IMG/VR virus record: IMGVR_UViG_3300025875_000027
Span: 1 to 57,294 of that record
Origin: a virus
Lineage: Duplodnaviria; Caudoviricetes
Direction: 5' to 3' (one strand)
Length of the DNA: 57,294 bases
Part shown: positions 47,598-56,537 of the stretch, in pieces
Numbering within the stretch: the stretch's first letter is position 1
Layout of the letters: every line of letters starts with the position of its first letter
Notes under the pieces: model-generated
The model's database searches: none
Told to the model about the DNA's origin: nothing
What the model saw: only the letters and a program-made list of their open reading frames with translations
Program-made: the position numbers and the translations under genes

Positions 47598-47665
47598 GGT
47601 GGCCTCCTTCGGAGTGTGGTTGAACTGGGCCTCGAAGCGCGGCTGCGACGCTGACGTGGTCATCG

Positions 47666-47983
47666 CTACAGCGCACGCATGAGGTGCATGGTGGCATCGC
47701 CCTGGTTGGGCAGCTGGCCCTCGACCGCGGGCTGGATGTCGCTGGTGGACATGATGCGCCAGCAGGTGACGTCGAGGTCGCTGACGCGCTGGCCGCGGGC
47801 GTAGCGCTGGAACGCCAGCACCGCGTCGGGGCCCGCGAAGACGAACGTCTCGCTGGCGACCATGAACAAGTGGTTCGACAGCTCGAAGCGGGTGACCGTG
47901 GCGGGCTCGCCGACCGCGGGCAGCTCGACGGTGGCGTGGCCCATCAGCACGTCGAAGGAGTCCTGGCTCAGGACGAAACTCAC
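47666..47983 (-). CDS. hypothetical protein
   Basis: GTGA coupling. Confidence 0.6.
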   Translation of the reverse strand: MSFVLSQDSFDVLMGHATVELPAVGEPATVTRFELSNHLFMVASETFVFAGPDAVLAFQRYARGQRVSDLDVTCWRIMSTSDIQPAVEGQLPNQGDATMHLMRAL

Positions 47984-48348
47984 GACTCGCCATCCCACAG
48001 CTCGCGGTCGAACTGCTCCTCGACCTGCTTCGTGGTCCAGGAAGTCTGGCCGTTGAGCCACTGATCGGCGCCGACGCAGACCACCACCTGCTTCTCGCCG
48101 CGGTTGTCGATCAGCACGGTGCGGTTCCGCGTAGCCTTCAGCTCGACGACCTCCTCGACCACCATGCCAGCCGTCTCGCGGTGCACAGTGACCTGCTCGG
48201 GCATCTCGCCGAGGTAGATCCAGTAGGCGTCGGACGGCTCCTGGGTGATTCCCTCGGTGACCTGGGAGACGGTCGGGCGGGTCATGATGATGCGGACGTG
48301 CATCCCCACCCTCACGTCCTTGGGTCTGATCGGTCGGTGCATGGTCAT
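47980..48348 (-). CDS. hypothetical protein
   Basis: CCAGGAGG SD; ATGA coupling. Confidence 0.65.
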   Translation of the reverse strand: MTMHRPIRPKDVRVGMHVRIIMTRPTVSQVTEGITQEPSDAYWIYLGEMPEQVTVHRETAGMVVEEVVELKATRNRTVLIDNRGEKQVVVCVGADQWLNGQTSWTTKQVEEQFDRELWDGES

Positions 48349-49070
48349 GTGTCCTCCTGGAAGCACGCCGGCATGTCCTCCGGCATCGGGTGTTCGTGCG
48401 GGGGCAGCCCGCACGTCGTGCACTGCAGCACCGGCGCCTTGGCATAGGTGGTCAGCTCGGCCGACTTCAGCTTGACCGGCCCGAGGCTAGGAGTGAGACG
48501 GTAGCCGAGCTCGAACTTCCCGTCACGCCACGACGCCACCATGCGCTCGCGGTTGGTCAGCCGCTGGCCGCGGACGACGACGATGTCGCTGGCCTCGCCG
48601 TCGGCCGCCCGGTACCCACGCGCGTACAGGGCCTCGACCTGCCAGCCGCTGGCCAGCATCGTGGCCCGAAGCGCCGCCGCGGTCGTCGGCAGCTCGCTGT
48701 CGAAGGCGGGCCGCGCGGGCTCCACGGGTGGGGGGATCGGCTGGGCGACCTTCTCCTCCGACGGCGGGCGCCAGGGCGCGGGCCGGTGCGGGGTGAGGTC
48801 GATGTCCCCGAGCGCCTCCCGCATCGCCCGGCCGCGCGCCATGGCCTCCTCGCGCGACGTCTCGATCCTGCGAGCCTCGGCCCGCTCGCGCTCGATGAGC
48901 TCGGGCGTGAAGCTGGCCAGGATGCGGTCGCTGATGGCGGCACGGTGGGGCTGGACGCCCGCGGGGACGGCGGTGTGCTTCCAGGACTGGCTGCCCTGGA
49001 AGAACGCCACCGTGCCACCACAGGTCAGGCAGAGGATGCCGGCGGGTTGGGCCTGCTGGTCAGGTGCCAC
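48345..49070 (-). CDS. hypothetical protein with CxxC motifs (start uncertain)
   Basis: CLTCG, CTTCG..H..C. Confidence 0.6.
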   Translation of the reverse strand: MAPDQQAQPAGILCLTCGGTVAFFQGSQSWKHTAVPAGVQPHRAAISDRILASFTPELIERERAEARRIETSREEAMARGRAMREALGDIDLTPHRPAPWRPPSEEKVAQPIPPPVEPARPAFDSELPTTAAALRATMLASGWQVEALYARGYRAADGEASDIVVVRGQRLTNRERMVASWRDGKFELGYRLTPSLGPVKLKSAELTTYAKAPVLQCTTCGLPPHEHPMPEDMPACFQEDT

Positions 49071-49228
49071 TTCCCACACTCCTCGTGCTCGTAGGCCCGG
49101 CACTCGACGACGGCGTCGCCGCGGTCGGCTCGCTTCTGCCGGAGGACGCCCATCTCCAGGAGGGCCGCGGTCTCGGTCGGGTAGGCCACCTTCATGCACC
49201 CGCGGCGGGCGCGACTCGCCTTGCTCAT
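49025..49228 (-). CDS. conserved small phage protein
   Basis: C.KVAY..RAY..CGKWHLTS. Confidence 0.7.
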   Translation of the reverse strand: MSKASRARRGCMKVAYPTETAALLEMGVLRQKRADRGDAVVECRAYEHEECGKWHLTSRPNPPASSA

Positions 49229-49596
49229 CCTTTTGCCTCCCCGGTGCCGTCGAGCAGCGCGAGGACCTCGGCCAGTGCATTCTCCCAGCCGGTCTCGTAG
49301 TCGTCCTCGGGATACAACCCGTGTACTGGCTTCGCAGCGAGGGCGAGGACGGCGTCACGCAGTTCCCGCTGCTGCTCCCCGGCCCCGCCGCGGGCGGAGG
49401 CGAGACGATCTCGCTCGTCCTGGCGGGTTACGGTCAGCGCTTCCTCGATCAGCCGTACCAGTCGGGGTGCGCCCTTCCGGGTGAGCAGTCGACCGACGTA
49501 CTGCGCTGCGAGGTGCTCGGCGATGACCGTGTCAGCCAGGCGCGGCTGCTCTTGCCCCTCGTCGTGCCCGTTGTCGGGCCGGTCCACGGCGGTCAC
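49225..49596 (-). CDS. hypothetical protein
   Basis: Coupled ORF. Confidence 0.55.
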   Translation of the reverse strand: MTAVDRPDNGHDEGQEQPRLADTVIAEHLAAQYVGRLLTRKGAPRLVRLIEEALTVTRQDERDRLASARGGAGEQQRELRDAVLALAAKPVHGLYPEDDYETGWENALAEVLALLDGTGEAKG

Positions 49597-49853
49597 CGGG
49601 CAACATCGGCGTCATACACCGTGCCGACAGGGCGACGCGGGTGCCACCCGTGCTCGCAGTCCTGACAAGTGATCCACGATCGCTTGGGCAGCACCTCGCC
49701 TGGCTCGCGGATGCCGATTCCGGTGGGACAGACAGCGCCGTCCACTAGCACCAACTCGCCGCTGTCGAAGATGTGGAACTCCTCGTACACCTCGGTGAGC
49801 GTCAGGCGTGTGGACCGACACCGGGCACACCCGAGCGTCGCCACGCCGCTCAC
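49593..49853 (-). CDS. small Zn-ribbon protein
   Basis: CARC..CQDC. Confidence 0.6.
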   Translation of the reverse strand: MSGVATLGCARCRSTRLTLTEVYEEFHIFDSGELVLVDGAVCPTGIGIREPGEVLPKRSWITCQDCEHGWHPRRPVGTVYDADVAR

Positions 49854-50452
49854 CGCTCACCGTCCAGGGCGGCGCGGCGACCGATGATCCGAGCGGCGGT
49901 CAGCTCGCACATCGCGTAGGGCTGGCCAGCCGACGGGCCGCCGTTGTAGGTGCCGTGGTCGCACTGGTCGTACTGGAACTCCCACGCCTCGTGGATCTCG
50001 GCGGCCAACGTCTCCGTGTCAGCGGACGGCCGGGCGGCGATGAACGCGGCCACGGCAGCTGCGGTGGTGCCCGTGTACGACATGTCGCTGCCGAACTCTC
50101 CAGTGAGCGCCCGCGCCAGCTCGTCGTCCTGCTGCGCCTCGGGCGGGGGCTGCACGACGTCGCCCGGAAGATAGATGTCGTCGTGCAGATCAGCCGGGGG
50201 CTCGGACGGCGCGGCGGGGATGACTGCCCAACCCACCAGATGCCGCTGAGCGGGGGGTGCAGCGGCCACCGCTGCTTGATACGAGACGGCGTCGGGATCG
50301 TTCTGCCACCCCGGGCTGTACGGGTCCCACTCGTCGCCGGGCTGCCGACGCGCCACGGGCCGGTGGTTGTTGCACCAACGCCAGTGCAGGCCCTCGGTGC
50401 GCTCGCATACTGCGCACACCTCCCCGTCCCCGGGCGGCGGAACGGCGGTCAT
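49850..50452 (-). CDS. hypothetical protein
   Basis: CAVC..H..C; ATGA coupling. Confidence 0.55.
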   Translation of the reverse strand: MTAVPPPGDGEVCAVCERTEGLHWRWCNNHRPVARRQPGDEWDPYSPGWQNDPDAVSYQAAVAAAPPAQRHLVGWAVIPAAPSEPPADLHDDIYLPGDVVQPPPEAQQDDELARALTGEFGSDMSYTGTTAAAVAAFIAARPSADTETLAAEIHEAWEFQYDQCDHGTYNGGPSAGQPYAMCELTAARIIGRRAALDGER

Positions 50453-50619
50453 GACTGGCTCTCGACGTCGTTGGCGACCTTGCGCAGGTGGGCCGGGACG
50501 ATGCTCATGACGACGCCCTGCAACTCCGGGTTGGCCAGCTCGAACTCGGCGTCCAGGTGCACGTCCAGCGTGTCCAGGTCGTCCACGTGCGCGGTGATGG
50601 TGATCGAGTACAGCTTCAC
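50449..50619 (-). CDS. hypothetical protein
   Basis: GAGGAG SD; GTGA coupling. Confidence 0.6.
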   Translation of the reverse strand: MKLYSITITAHVDDLDTLDVHLDAEFELANPELQGVVMSIVPAHLRKVANDVESQS

Positions 50620-51389
50620 GGCTGGGTCTCCTCGCTGGTTGTGGGGTGGGCGGCACGGAGCGCAGCGGCGCGGGCGACCAAGTCCTCGGCCTTGACGAGG
50701 AAGCAAGTCAGGCTCTCGACCGGACTGAGCTTCGCCACAGTCGTTCGGTCCTCGCGGATAGCTGCCTCCAGCGCGTCGGCTGCGGCTTCGGCGCACAGGC
50801 GGTCCACCAGCGGGAGCAGGGCGTCGGCGACCACCTCGCCGTTGGTCCGGCCGTCCCACCATTCGACGTCCATGCAGCAGGGGCCGTCACAGCCGCAGTC
50901 GTGCGCGTCCGCGTCGTCGGTCTGGTAGCGGCAGCCGCAGTCGTTAGGGCACAACGTCCGCTGCTGGTGCAGTCGCTCGGCCAGCTCTTCGCCAGCGGCC
51001 TCGGCGATCTCCTCGCGGCGGGTCATGCTGCGACCTTCTTCCGCATCTTGTAGCGGCGGACGGCTTCCCTGTTGCACGCGCGGCATTGCCTTCACCTGAC
51101 TGACCGTGGCGAGAGCGGTGCGGATGCCGGTGAGAGCCCGCTCGTAGGCCATCGCCCGCGCCCGGGCCTCAGATCGCACTGCCGGTTCCCAAGCGTTTTC
51201 GTGGTAGTTCGCGGCGTTCTTTCGCCAGCCCTCCAGCTCCTCGGCGAGCGCTTCGACTGCGCGGAGGGCGGCGGCCTGCCTGCGCACCTCGGCGATCAAC
51301 TCGGGCACGGCGTTGACGGCGGCCACGATCAGGGCGGAGTCGGCGGCACCCTGCGTCCCCGGGAACGTGCCGAGCAACACGTCGATCAT
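50616..51389 (-). CDS. hypothetical mosaic protein (Ead/Ea22-like segment plus Cys-rich segment)
   Basis: DSALIVAAVNAVPELIAEVRR; CP.DCGC..DCGCDGPCC; possible internal start at 51026. Confidence 0.55.
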   Translation of the reverse strand: MIDVLLGTFPGTQGAADSALIVAAVNAVPELIAEVRRQAAALRAVEALAEELEGWRKNAANYHENAWEPAVRSEARARAMAYERALTGIRTALATVSQVKAMPRVQQGSRPPLQDAEEGRSMTRREEIAEAAGEELAERLHQQRTLCPNDCGCRYQTDDADAHDCGCDGPCCMDVEWWDGRTNGEVVADALLPLVDRLCAEAAADALEAAIREDRTTVAKLSPVESLTCFLVKAEDLVARAAALRAAHPTTSEETQP

Positions 51390-51610
51390 GCCCAGTGGCC
51401 CTGGCGACGGTAGCCGGAAGCCCGACGACGACCCGTGGGGTGGTGGCTCCAACTGCGCCTGGCCTGACGCCGCTCGCGGCGCTTGCGCACCAAGAGGGAT
51501 GCCAGGGCGAACGTGCCGGTGAAGATGAACATGACCGGCCAGGTCGTGATCGACACGGCGAGGAGCAGGACTGCGAGCGCGAAGCGCCACATGATCAAGA
51601 ACGGGTTCAT
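51386..51610 (-). CDS. small membrane protein
   Basis: Two TM segments, basic tail; strong SD. Confidence 0.65.
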   Translation of the reverse strand: MNPFLIMWRFALAVLLLAVSITTWPVMFIFTGTFALASLLVRKRRERRQARRSWSHHPTGRRRASGYRRQGHWA

Positions 51611-51639
51611 GCCGACCTCCTGGTCGTTCGGATGAAGTG

Positions 51640-51668
51640 AGCGTAGCGGAGTCCCGCTAGGAAGTCCA
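51640..51668 (-). promoter_or_regulatory. promoter TGGACT-N17-TACGCT with TAGCGG-N4-CCGCTA palindrome (51644-51659)
   Basis: Read directly. Confidence 0.65.
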
Positions 51669-51670
51669 GT

Positions 51671-52096
51671 TCAGCTGGACTGCAAGACGTCCGCGGGGAT
51701 GAAGATGCTGACCGCGATCGGGTTCGGGATGATCGGCACCTTGGGCTGCAGGAGCTCGGACACCAGGCGCTCCTTGGCCTGGCTGGCGCAGAGCCGCGCA
51801 GCGTCTAGAACGTCCTCGGTGCCCGTGACGTTCCAGCGCATCGGCTGCATCGCGGTGCCCTCGACCTCGCGCACCGCGCCCGTCGTGCGGGTGTAGACGC
51901 GGCGCAGGCTCGGCACCCACTGCCCCAGCCCCGAGCTGTAGGACACCTGCAGGCACGCCCAGGCCCGCGTGCCGTTCTTCGCACGGAGGTCGCTGGGGGT
52001 CTCCCAGAGCTCCCGCCAGGCAAGGCGACCCGTCGCCCCCCGGCCGTCGGGGAGCTCCACCGTGTTGCGGAAGGCCGCAGGCCTGAGCGTGGCCAT
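51671..52096 (-). CDS. hypothetical protein
   Basis: TGATG coupling. Confidence 0.65.
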   Translation of the reverse strand: MATLRPAAFRNTVELPDGRGATGRLAWRELWETPSDLRAKNGTRAWACLQVSYSSGLGQWVPSLRRVYTRTTGAVREVEGTAMQPMRWNVTGTEDVLDAARLCASQAKERLVSELLQPKVPIIPNPIAVSIFIPADVLQSS

Positions 52097-52383
52097 CAGG
52101 CGGCGCGCGTGCTGACGCGCAGGTGGGTGCCGGCCGGGTCGTTGAGCTTCTCGAAAATCTTGGTCAGCTGCCTGCTCTGCCTGTTGAGCGACTCGCGGGC
52201 GATCGCCTCGGCCAGACGCTCGGGGTGGAGCTCGACGGGCCCGGTGTAGTCCTCCGGCAGCGTGAAGGTGGCGATCGAGCGGGTGGTGGTGAGCACGCCG
52301 GCGGCGACGCAGGCCGGCAGGGCCTCGCGGAGAGCGGAGAGCTGCGGCGGGGTGAGCTTCTGGATGGCGAGGGTCTGGATCAT
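52096..52383 (-). CDS. hypothetical protein
   Basis: Strong SD. Confidence 0.65.
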   Translation of the reverse strand: MIQTLAIQKLTPPQLSALREALPACVAAGVLTTTRSIATFTLPEDYTGPVELHPERLAEAIARESLNRQSRQLTKIFEKLNDPAGTHLRVSTRAA

Positions 52384-52397
52384 GGTGGACCTCCTGG

Positions 52398-52610
52398 TCA
52401 CTGCTGGCGGAAGGAGTCGAGGGACTGCGCGAGCTTGTCGAGACCGTCCTGGAAGTTGAGCAAGCCGGCCATGGAGTCGGCGCGGGACTGGTCGCCCTTG
52501 ACCGCGGCGGCGATCTCGCCGTCGGTCTCGGTGTCGCGGACGACGAAGTCGTACCCGTTGGCCATCGTACCGCCCGTGCTGGCCGGCTGGACGACGTAGC
52601 GCTGAGCCAT
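52398..52610 (-). CDS. hypothetical protein
   Basis: GAAGGGA SD. Confidence 0.6.
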   Translation of the reverse strand: MAQRYVVQPASTGGTMANGYDFVVRDTETDGEIAAAVKGDQSRADSMAGLLNFQDGLDKLAQSLDSFRQQ

Positions 52611-52612
52611 GA

Positions 52613-53248
52613 TCACTTTCCCTTCGGAACGGTGTGGATCGGGTCGTGACCGTCGCGCCCGCAGCCGTGCACCTTGCACGTCCAGTTGGGCCGGTCCCGG
52701 AGGAAGCGGTGCGGCGCGAGCGGCCGCGACGGCGCCGTCGCGGTGGGCATGTCCAACACGATGGGCCGGCCGGCCTCGTCGCCGAGCAGTGCACGCTGGG
52801 CGTCGTTGAGGTCATCGACCGTGACGCTGCCGCCCTCGTCCAGCCTCTTGCGCTGGTCGGGGGTCAAGTCCTCGGGACGGGCCCGCTGCACCATCCGCTC
52901 CCCCGTGGTCATGGTGACGTGGTCGGGGAAAAGCTGGATCGCGGTCGCCCGGGCGGCAGCGATGATCGCGTCGGTCGGCGGGTAGTCCGTCGTCTTGGCG
53001 ACGACCTGCAGGCAGGTGGCGTTGGCGTCCACAGCCTCGATGTCGTAGCCGCTGCTCGTGCTGTCGCACACGAGCTGGAGGTCGACGCCGAGCATGACGC
53101 TCCAGCCGTGCGCCGCCGTGCTCTCGATCAGGTTCACGGTCAGTCCTCCTGGCTTCCGGCTGTAGCGCGGCACGAGACGTTCGAGCGTCTGGATCTCGGC
53201 GCGCACGGTGCGCTCTTGGCGGACGGTCTGACTGATGATCTTGCTCAT
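52613..53248 (-). CDS. hypothetical protein
   Basis: Strong SD; C-terminal H..C..C..H. Confidence 0.7.
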   Translation of the reverse strand: MSKIISQTVRQERTVRAEIQTLERLVPRYSRKPGGLTVNLIESTAAHGWSVMLGVDLQLVCDSTSSGYDIEAVDANATCLQVVAKTTDYPPTDAIIAAARATAIQLFPDHVTMTTGERMVQRARPEDLTPDQRKRLDEGGSVTVDDLNDAQRALLGDEAGRPIVLDMPTATAPSRPLAPHRFLRDRPNWTCKVHGCGRDGHDPIHTVPKGK

Positions 53249-53293
53249 GGTGACCTCCTGGTCGTCAGGCTCAGCACTAGCTGAGCTAGTTGG

Positions 53294-53322
53294 AGCTTAG
53301 CGGGTCTGTGCGTCGGTGTCCA
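53294..53322 (-). promoter_or_regulatory. promoter TGGACA-N17-TAAGCT
   Basis: CCGC before the -10. Confidence 0.6.
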
Positions 53323-53335
53323 CTTCTGACAGTCC

Positions 53336-53373
53336 CCCGAACGCCCGCCCGAGATGAGGGACGGGCGCTCGGA
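53336..53373 (-). terminator. hairpin with G-U pairs on the minus strand
   Basis: CCGAGCGCCCGTCCC...GGGCGGGCGTTCGG. Confidence 0.6.
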
Positions 53374-53378
53374 GCGTG

Positions 53379-53651
53379 TCAGAGGTCCAACAAGGTGGAG
53401 AGTTCGGCGGTGGGCTCCTCGCCGGCGATCCAGGCGAGGACGTCGCGAACGGCGTCGGCGTAGGTGAACGTCTCGCGGGTCCGCGGGTCGCCACTCCACT
53501 CGCTGCGCGCATTCGACGTGCTCTCGGCGATCTCACGAAGCACCTGGAGACGAGTGCGATCGAACGCCTCGACGGCGACGGGCGCCGCGTGCCGGCCGGC
53601 GACCTCCAACGGCTGGACGAGGATGCCCCGCACCGGTCGGCCGTTGGTCAT
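53379..53651 (-). CDS. hypothetical protein
   Basis: TY.DAVRDVLAWIAG; ATGA coupling. Confidence 0.6.
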   Translation of the reverse strand: MTNGRPVRGILVQPLEVAGRHAAPVAVEAFDRTRLQVLREIAESTSNARSEWSGDPRTRETFTYADAVRDVLAWIAGEEPTAELSTLLDL

Positions 53652-53956
53652 CGGTCGAAGTCCGGGTGACCGACCTCGCGGAGGTGGTCGGCGAGCAACG
53701 GCCGGTTGATCCCGTTCCCCCCGACGACGCCGCGCGAACAGAACGGGGGCGACCCGGCCCCCAGTGGGACGGTGTAGCGATGGGCATCCGCGACGGCGTC
53801 CCCGTCCGGGTCCAGCAACCCATGGGCACAGTGGGCGCAGACTTCGGTACGCCCATCGGTGTCTCCCACGGCGCCGGTCACCACGTAGGTCGTGGCGGTC
53901 ATCGTGCCACACTCGGCACAAGCGAACTCGGCGCCCAGGTTCCGGCCGTTGTTCAT
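53648..53956 (-). CDS. small Zn-finger-like protein
   Basis: CAEC..CAHC. Confidence 0.6.
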   Translation of the reverse strand: MNNGRNLGAEFACAECGTMTATTYVVTGAVGDTDGRTEVCAHCAHGLLDPDGDAVADAHRYTVPLGAGSPPFCSRGVVGGNGINRPLLADHLREVGHPDFDR

Positions 53957-54123
53957 CGGGTGCGCCGGTCGGAAGCGATGCGGCCGGCGGCGGCCAAGGT
54001 CGTCGGCATGTCGAAATCCGCGAGCGCGGCGGCCACGGCGGCGGCGCGGGTGTCGCTGTAGCGCGGGCGGCGGATCTTGCGCGTTTCGGTGGCGGGGAGG
54101 TTCGCGGCGTGCACGGTGCTCAT
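53953..54123 (-). CDS. hypothetical protein
   Basis: Strong SD. Confidence 0.6.
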   Translation of the reverse strand: MSTVHAANLPATETRKIRRPRYSDTRAAAVAAALADFDMPTTLAAAGRIASDRRTR

Positions 54124-54165
54124 GGTGAGGTGTCCTCCTGGACATGTGCGTCGAGACTGTCTCGG

Positions 54166-54221
54166 CGTCGTGCCCTGCCGACCCATGACGAGTCGCTGGC
54201 CAGCTACGTGCTGGGCAGGGC
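54166..54221 (-). ncRNA. mini-tRNA-like structured element E3
   Basis: GCCCUGC/GCAGGGC 7-bp stem, CCAGC/GCUGG hairpin, 5-bp stem with 7-nt loop, ACGACG tail. Confidence 0.55.
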
Positions 54222-54230
54222 TAGTGGTGC

Positions 54231-54599
54231 TCAGACCTCGGTGGCGGTCATGTGGTAGCAGTTGGCCGTCTTGGTGTGGAAGTCGGCCGCGTCGGCGTAG
54301 TACGGCGTGACCATCTTCGGGTCGATGGCGAAGAGGTGGGCGAGAAAGTGGCCCCACTCGTCGTAGGTGGCGGCCGGCGTCCGCGGGTCGTGCTGCTGAC
54401 CGCGGGTGTTCGATCCGGTCAGGATGACGTCGAACGCGCGGGCCCGCTTGCGGCTGCCCTTCGGCTCGCAGCGGGTGGTCCGCACCATGGCGTACCGGTA
54501 GACACCGGTGTTCTCACTGTTCGCGCGGGTGATGCTGGAGGCGTGCGTTGCGGCGCTGGCGATGTCGGTCGCGGTGATGATGTCACTGTGGATCTTCAC
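54231..54599 (-). CDS. conserved early phage protein
   Basis: GSRKRARAFDVIL..AATYDEWG.FLA.LF..DP. Confidence 0.75.
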   Translation of the reverse strand: MKIHSDIITATDIASAATHASSITRANSENTGVYRYAMVRTTRCEPKGSRKRARAFDVILTGSNTRGQQHDPRTPAATYDEWGHFLAHLFAIDPKMVTPYYADAADFHTKTANCYHMTATEV

Positions 54600-54638
54600 G
54601 GTGTGTCCTCCTGGACATGTGAGCCGAGACTGTCTCGA

Positions 54639-54694
54639 CGTCGTGCCCTGCCGACCCATGACGAGTCGCTGGCCAGCTACGTGCTGGGCAGGGC
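54639..54694 (-). ncRNA. mini-tRNA-like structured element E4 (identical to E3)
   Basis: As for E3. Confidence 0.55.
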
Positions 54695-54718
54695 TGGGCA
54701 GGTGGTGCTGACCGGTGG

Positions 54719-55075
54719 TCAGACGCTCTCCAGCCCCCTGGAGAGGTTGCTGTACTCCTGGCCCCAGCGGTGCCCCCACGCGCTGCGAAGCTGGTACTGA
54801 TGGCGAGCGGTGGTCCTGCTGTAGCTCACCCGGGGGATCACCCGCGTGCCGTCGCTGCTCTCCCAACCGATCGGGGTGCCGTAGCTGAACACGATGTACG
54901 CCAAGCCGTCCGCGGTGTCCTGCATGTACGTCGTGTTCCACTCGAAAGGAAGTCGGCCGGAGGTGCCTCGGTACTGCTCGCCGGGCTGGCCTCCGCGGGC
55001 GCTCATGCTGCCGGCGTTGAACTCCTGGCGAGCTGCGATGGCCTCGTGCGCGTTGCGAACCGTGGTGCGGATCAT
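54719..55075 (-). CDS. conserved early phage protein
   Basis: YIVFSYGTPIGW..YSRTTARHQ. Confidence 0.75.
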   Translation of the reverse strand: MIRTTVRNAHEAIAARQEFNAGSMSARGGQPGEQYRGTSGRLPFEWNTTYMQDTADGLAYIVFSYGTPIGWESSDGTRVIPRVSYSRTTARHQYQLRSAWGHRWGQEYSNLSRGLESV

Positions 55076-55233
55076 GTCGTTGTCCTCCTGGACAGGTGTG
55101 CGCTTGCGCGCATCCGGGGCGCTCTTTGCGCCTCTGGGTTCATCGTGGCAGGCTCTGGCCTCCCCCGCAACCCACCCGCCGGCGTGGCGGATGAGCTGCG
55201 AGCGGGTCAGATCCAGCGCTGGCCCTGCGTGGG

Positions 55234-55788
55234 TCAGATCCAGCGCTGCGAGACGGCGTACCCGGCGTCGCTGTGCAGGCGGGTCGTGCTGTAGTTCGGG
55301 GTCTGCCACTCGTTGACGTGGTCGTTGCTCGGACAGTTCAGCCCGCGCGGTCCCTGACACATGAACGGCACCCGGTCGTCGTTCTCCAGCTCGGTGAGGT
55401 GCTGGCGCTCGTAGGGCTCGAACGCCTCGCCGGCGTCCCGCTTGGTCCGGAGACGGGCGAAGGTGTCAGCGTCGCGCTGGTCGCTGTAGAGGGCACGGGC
55501 GAGGCCGTAGACGAGGGAGAAACCCATGTCCATGCCACACCCGCCCATGGACACACCGTGCGTCGTCTTGTGCATCTTCTCACCGGTGGCGATGGCGACC
55601 AGGGGGGACACGTTGCGCACCGTTCCGTCGGGGCGGCCGAACATCACGGCGACCGAGCGGAGCATTCCGGACTTGCTCACGTACAGGAGCTGGGTAGAGA
55701 CGGTGGAGCCGATGGGGAACAGCTCGCGGAGCGCCTGGCGAGCCTCGGTACGAGCGGCGAGCTGAGCGGCGGTGAGCTTGCGGGTCAT
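55234..55788 (-). CDS. conserved early phage protein
   Basis: VSKSGM.R..GCGMDMGF.LVY.L. Confidence 0.8.
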   Translation of the reverse strand: MTRKLTAAQLAARTEARQALRELFPIGSTVSTQLLYVSKSGMLRSVAVMFGRPDGTVRNVSPLVAIATGEKMHKTTHGVSMGGCGMDMGFSLVYGLARALYSDQRDADTFARLRTKRDAGEAFEPYERQHLTELENDDRVPFMCQGPRGLNCPSNDHVNEWQTPNYSTTRLHSDAGYAVSQRWI

Positions 55789-55852
55789 GTCGTTGTCCTC
55801 CTGGACTGTTGGACGCTCTCTGCGTCTCTAGTGGTGACCGTAGCACGAGCTA

Positions 55853-55898
55853 CGTCGTGCCCGCCACGGACTCGCACCGTGGTGTGTGCTGCTCGGGC
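55853..55898 (-). ncRNA. mini-tRNA-like structured element E5
   Basis: GCCCG-N11-CCACGG-UGCGAGU-CCGUGG-CGGGC-ACGACG. Confidence 0.6.
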
Positions 55899-55906
55899 TA
55901 GATCGG

Positions 55907-56191
55907 CTACTCGGCGAAGTGGGCGGCGAGCTCGGGGAACTGCTCGGCGCAGGTCACGGCGTCGGTAGCGTCGGACGGGCCCGCCGAGAGGATGTCGGTG
56001 CAGCGCATCTCCACGTCCGAGCGGCCCGCCATGCCGAGACCGAGGACGAGGACGGCGGCGACCAGCAGACCGCCGAAGAACTTCACCACGCGCCGGCTGA
56101 TCTTGGTCGCACCCTGCGGGGCGCCGCAGGTGTCGGCGTGCTCGGCGCGCTCGGCCTCGATACGGGCCCGGTCACGAGTGGTGCTGTACAT
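55907..56191 (-). CDS. small membrane protein
   Basis: One TM segment; SD. Confidence 0.65.
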   Translation of the reverse strand: MYSTTRDRARIEAERAEHADTCGAPQGATKISRRVVKFFGGLLVAAVLVLGLGMAGRSDVEMRCTDILSAGPSDATDAVTCAEQFPELAAHFAE

Positions 56192-56232
56192 GGCGACTCC
56201 TGTCGCTCGGTGCCGACACTGAGTGTGTCGGT

Positions 56233-56284
56233 CGTCGTGCCCACCCTCCCCACGACGGGAGGCGGCCAGCTGTCTGGCGTGGGC
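56233..56284 (-). ncRNA. mini-tRNA-like structured element E2
   Basis: GCCCAC/GUGGGC stem, GCCAG/CUGGC and CCUCCC/GGGAGG hairpins, ACGACG tail. Confidence 0.55.
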
Positions 56285-56291
56285 TAGTCGA

Positions 56292-56537
56292 TCACTCGGG
56301 CAGGGGGTTGGCCAGCTCCCACGCTGCACGCTCGGTTTCGCTCATCTCCAGTTCCTGACCGGCGTCCGTTCGTCCTCCGCGGCGGATCGCGGCGCGCACC
56401 GAAGAGGCGCAATAGCGGCCAAGGTCACGCGGCTTGTGCTTGGTGGCACCGATGAGCCCGTTCACCATCAGCTGCTCCAGCGACTCCACCGTGCCCTCGG
56501 TACGGGTCCGGCGCTTGTGATCTACGAGGGTTGCCAT
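56292..56537 (-). CDS. hypothetical protein
   Basis: SD; sits between structured elements. Confidence 0.6.
   Translation of the reverse strand: MATLVDHKRRTRTEGTVESLEQLMVNGLIGATKHKPRDLGRYCASSVRAAIRRGGRTDAGQELEMSETERAAWELANPLPE

Larger units (their letters stand above)
54130..54695. repeat. 93-bp direct repeat (54130-54222, 54603-54695; 3 mismatches) flanking one gene
   Basis: Direct comparison. Confidence 0.92.
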
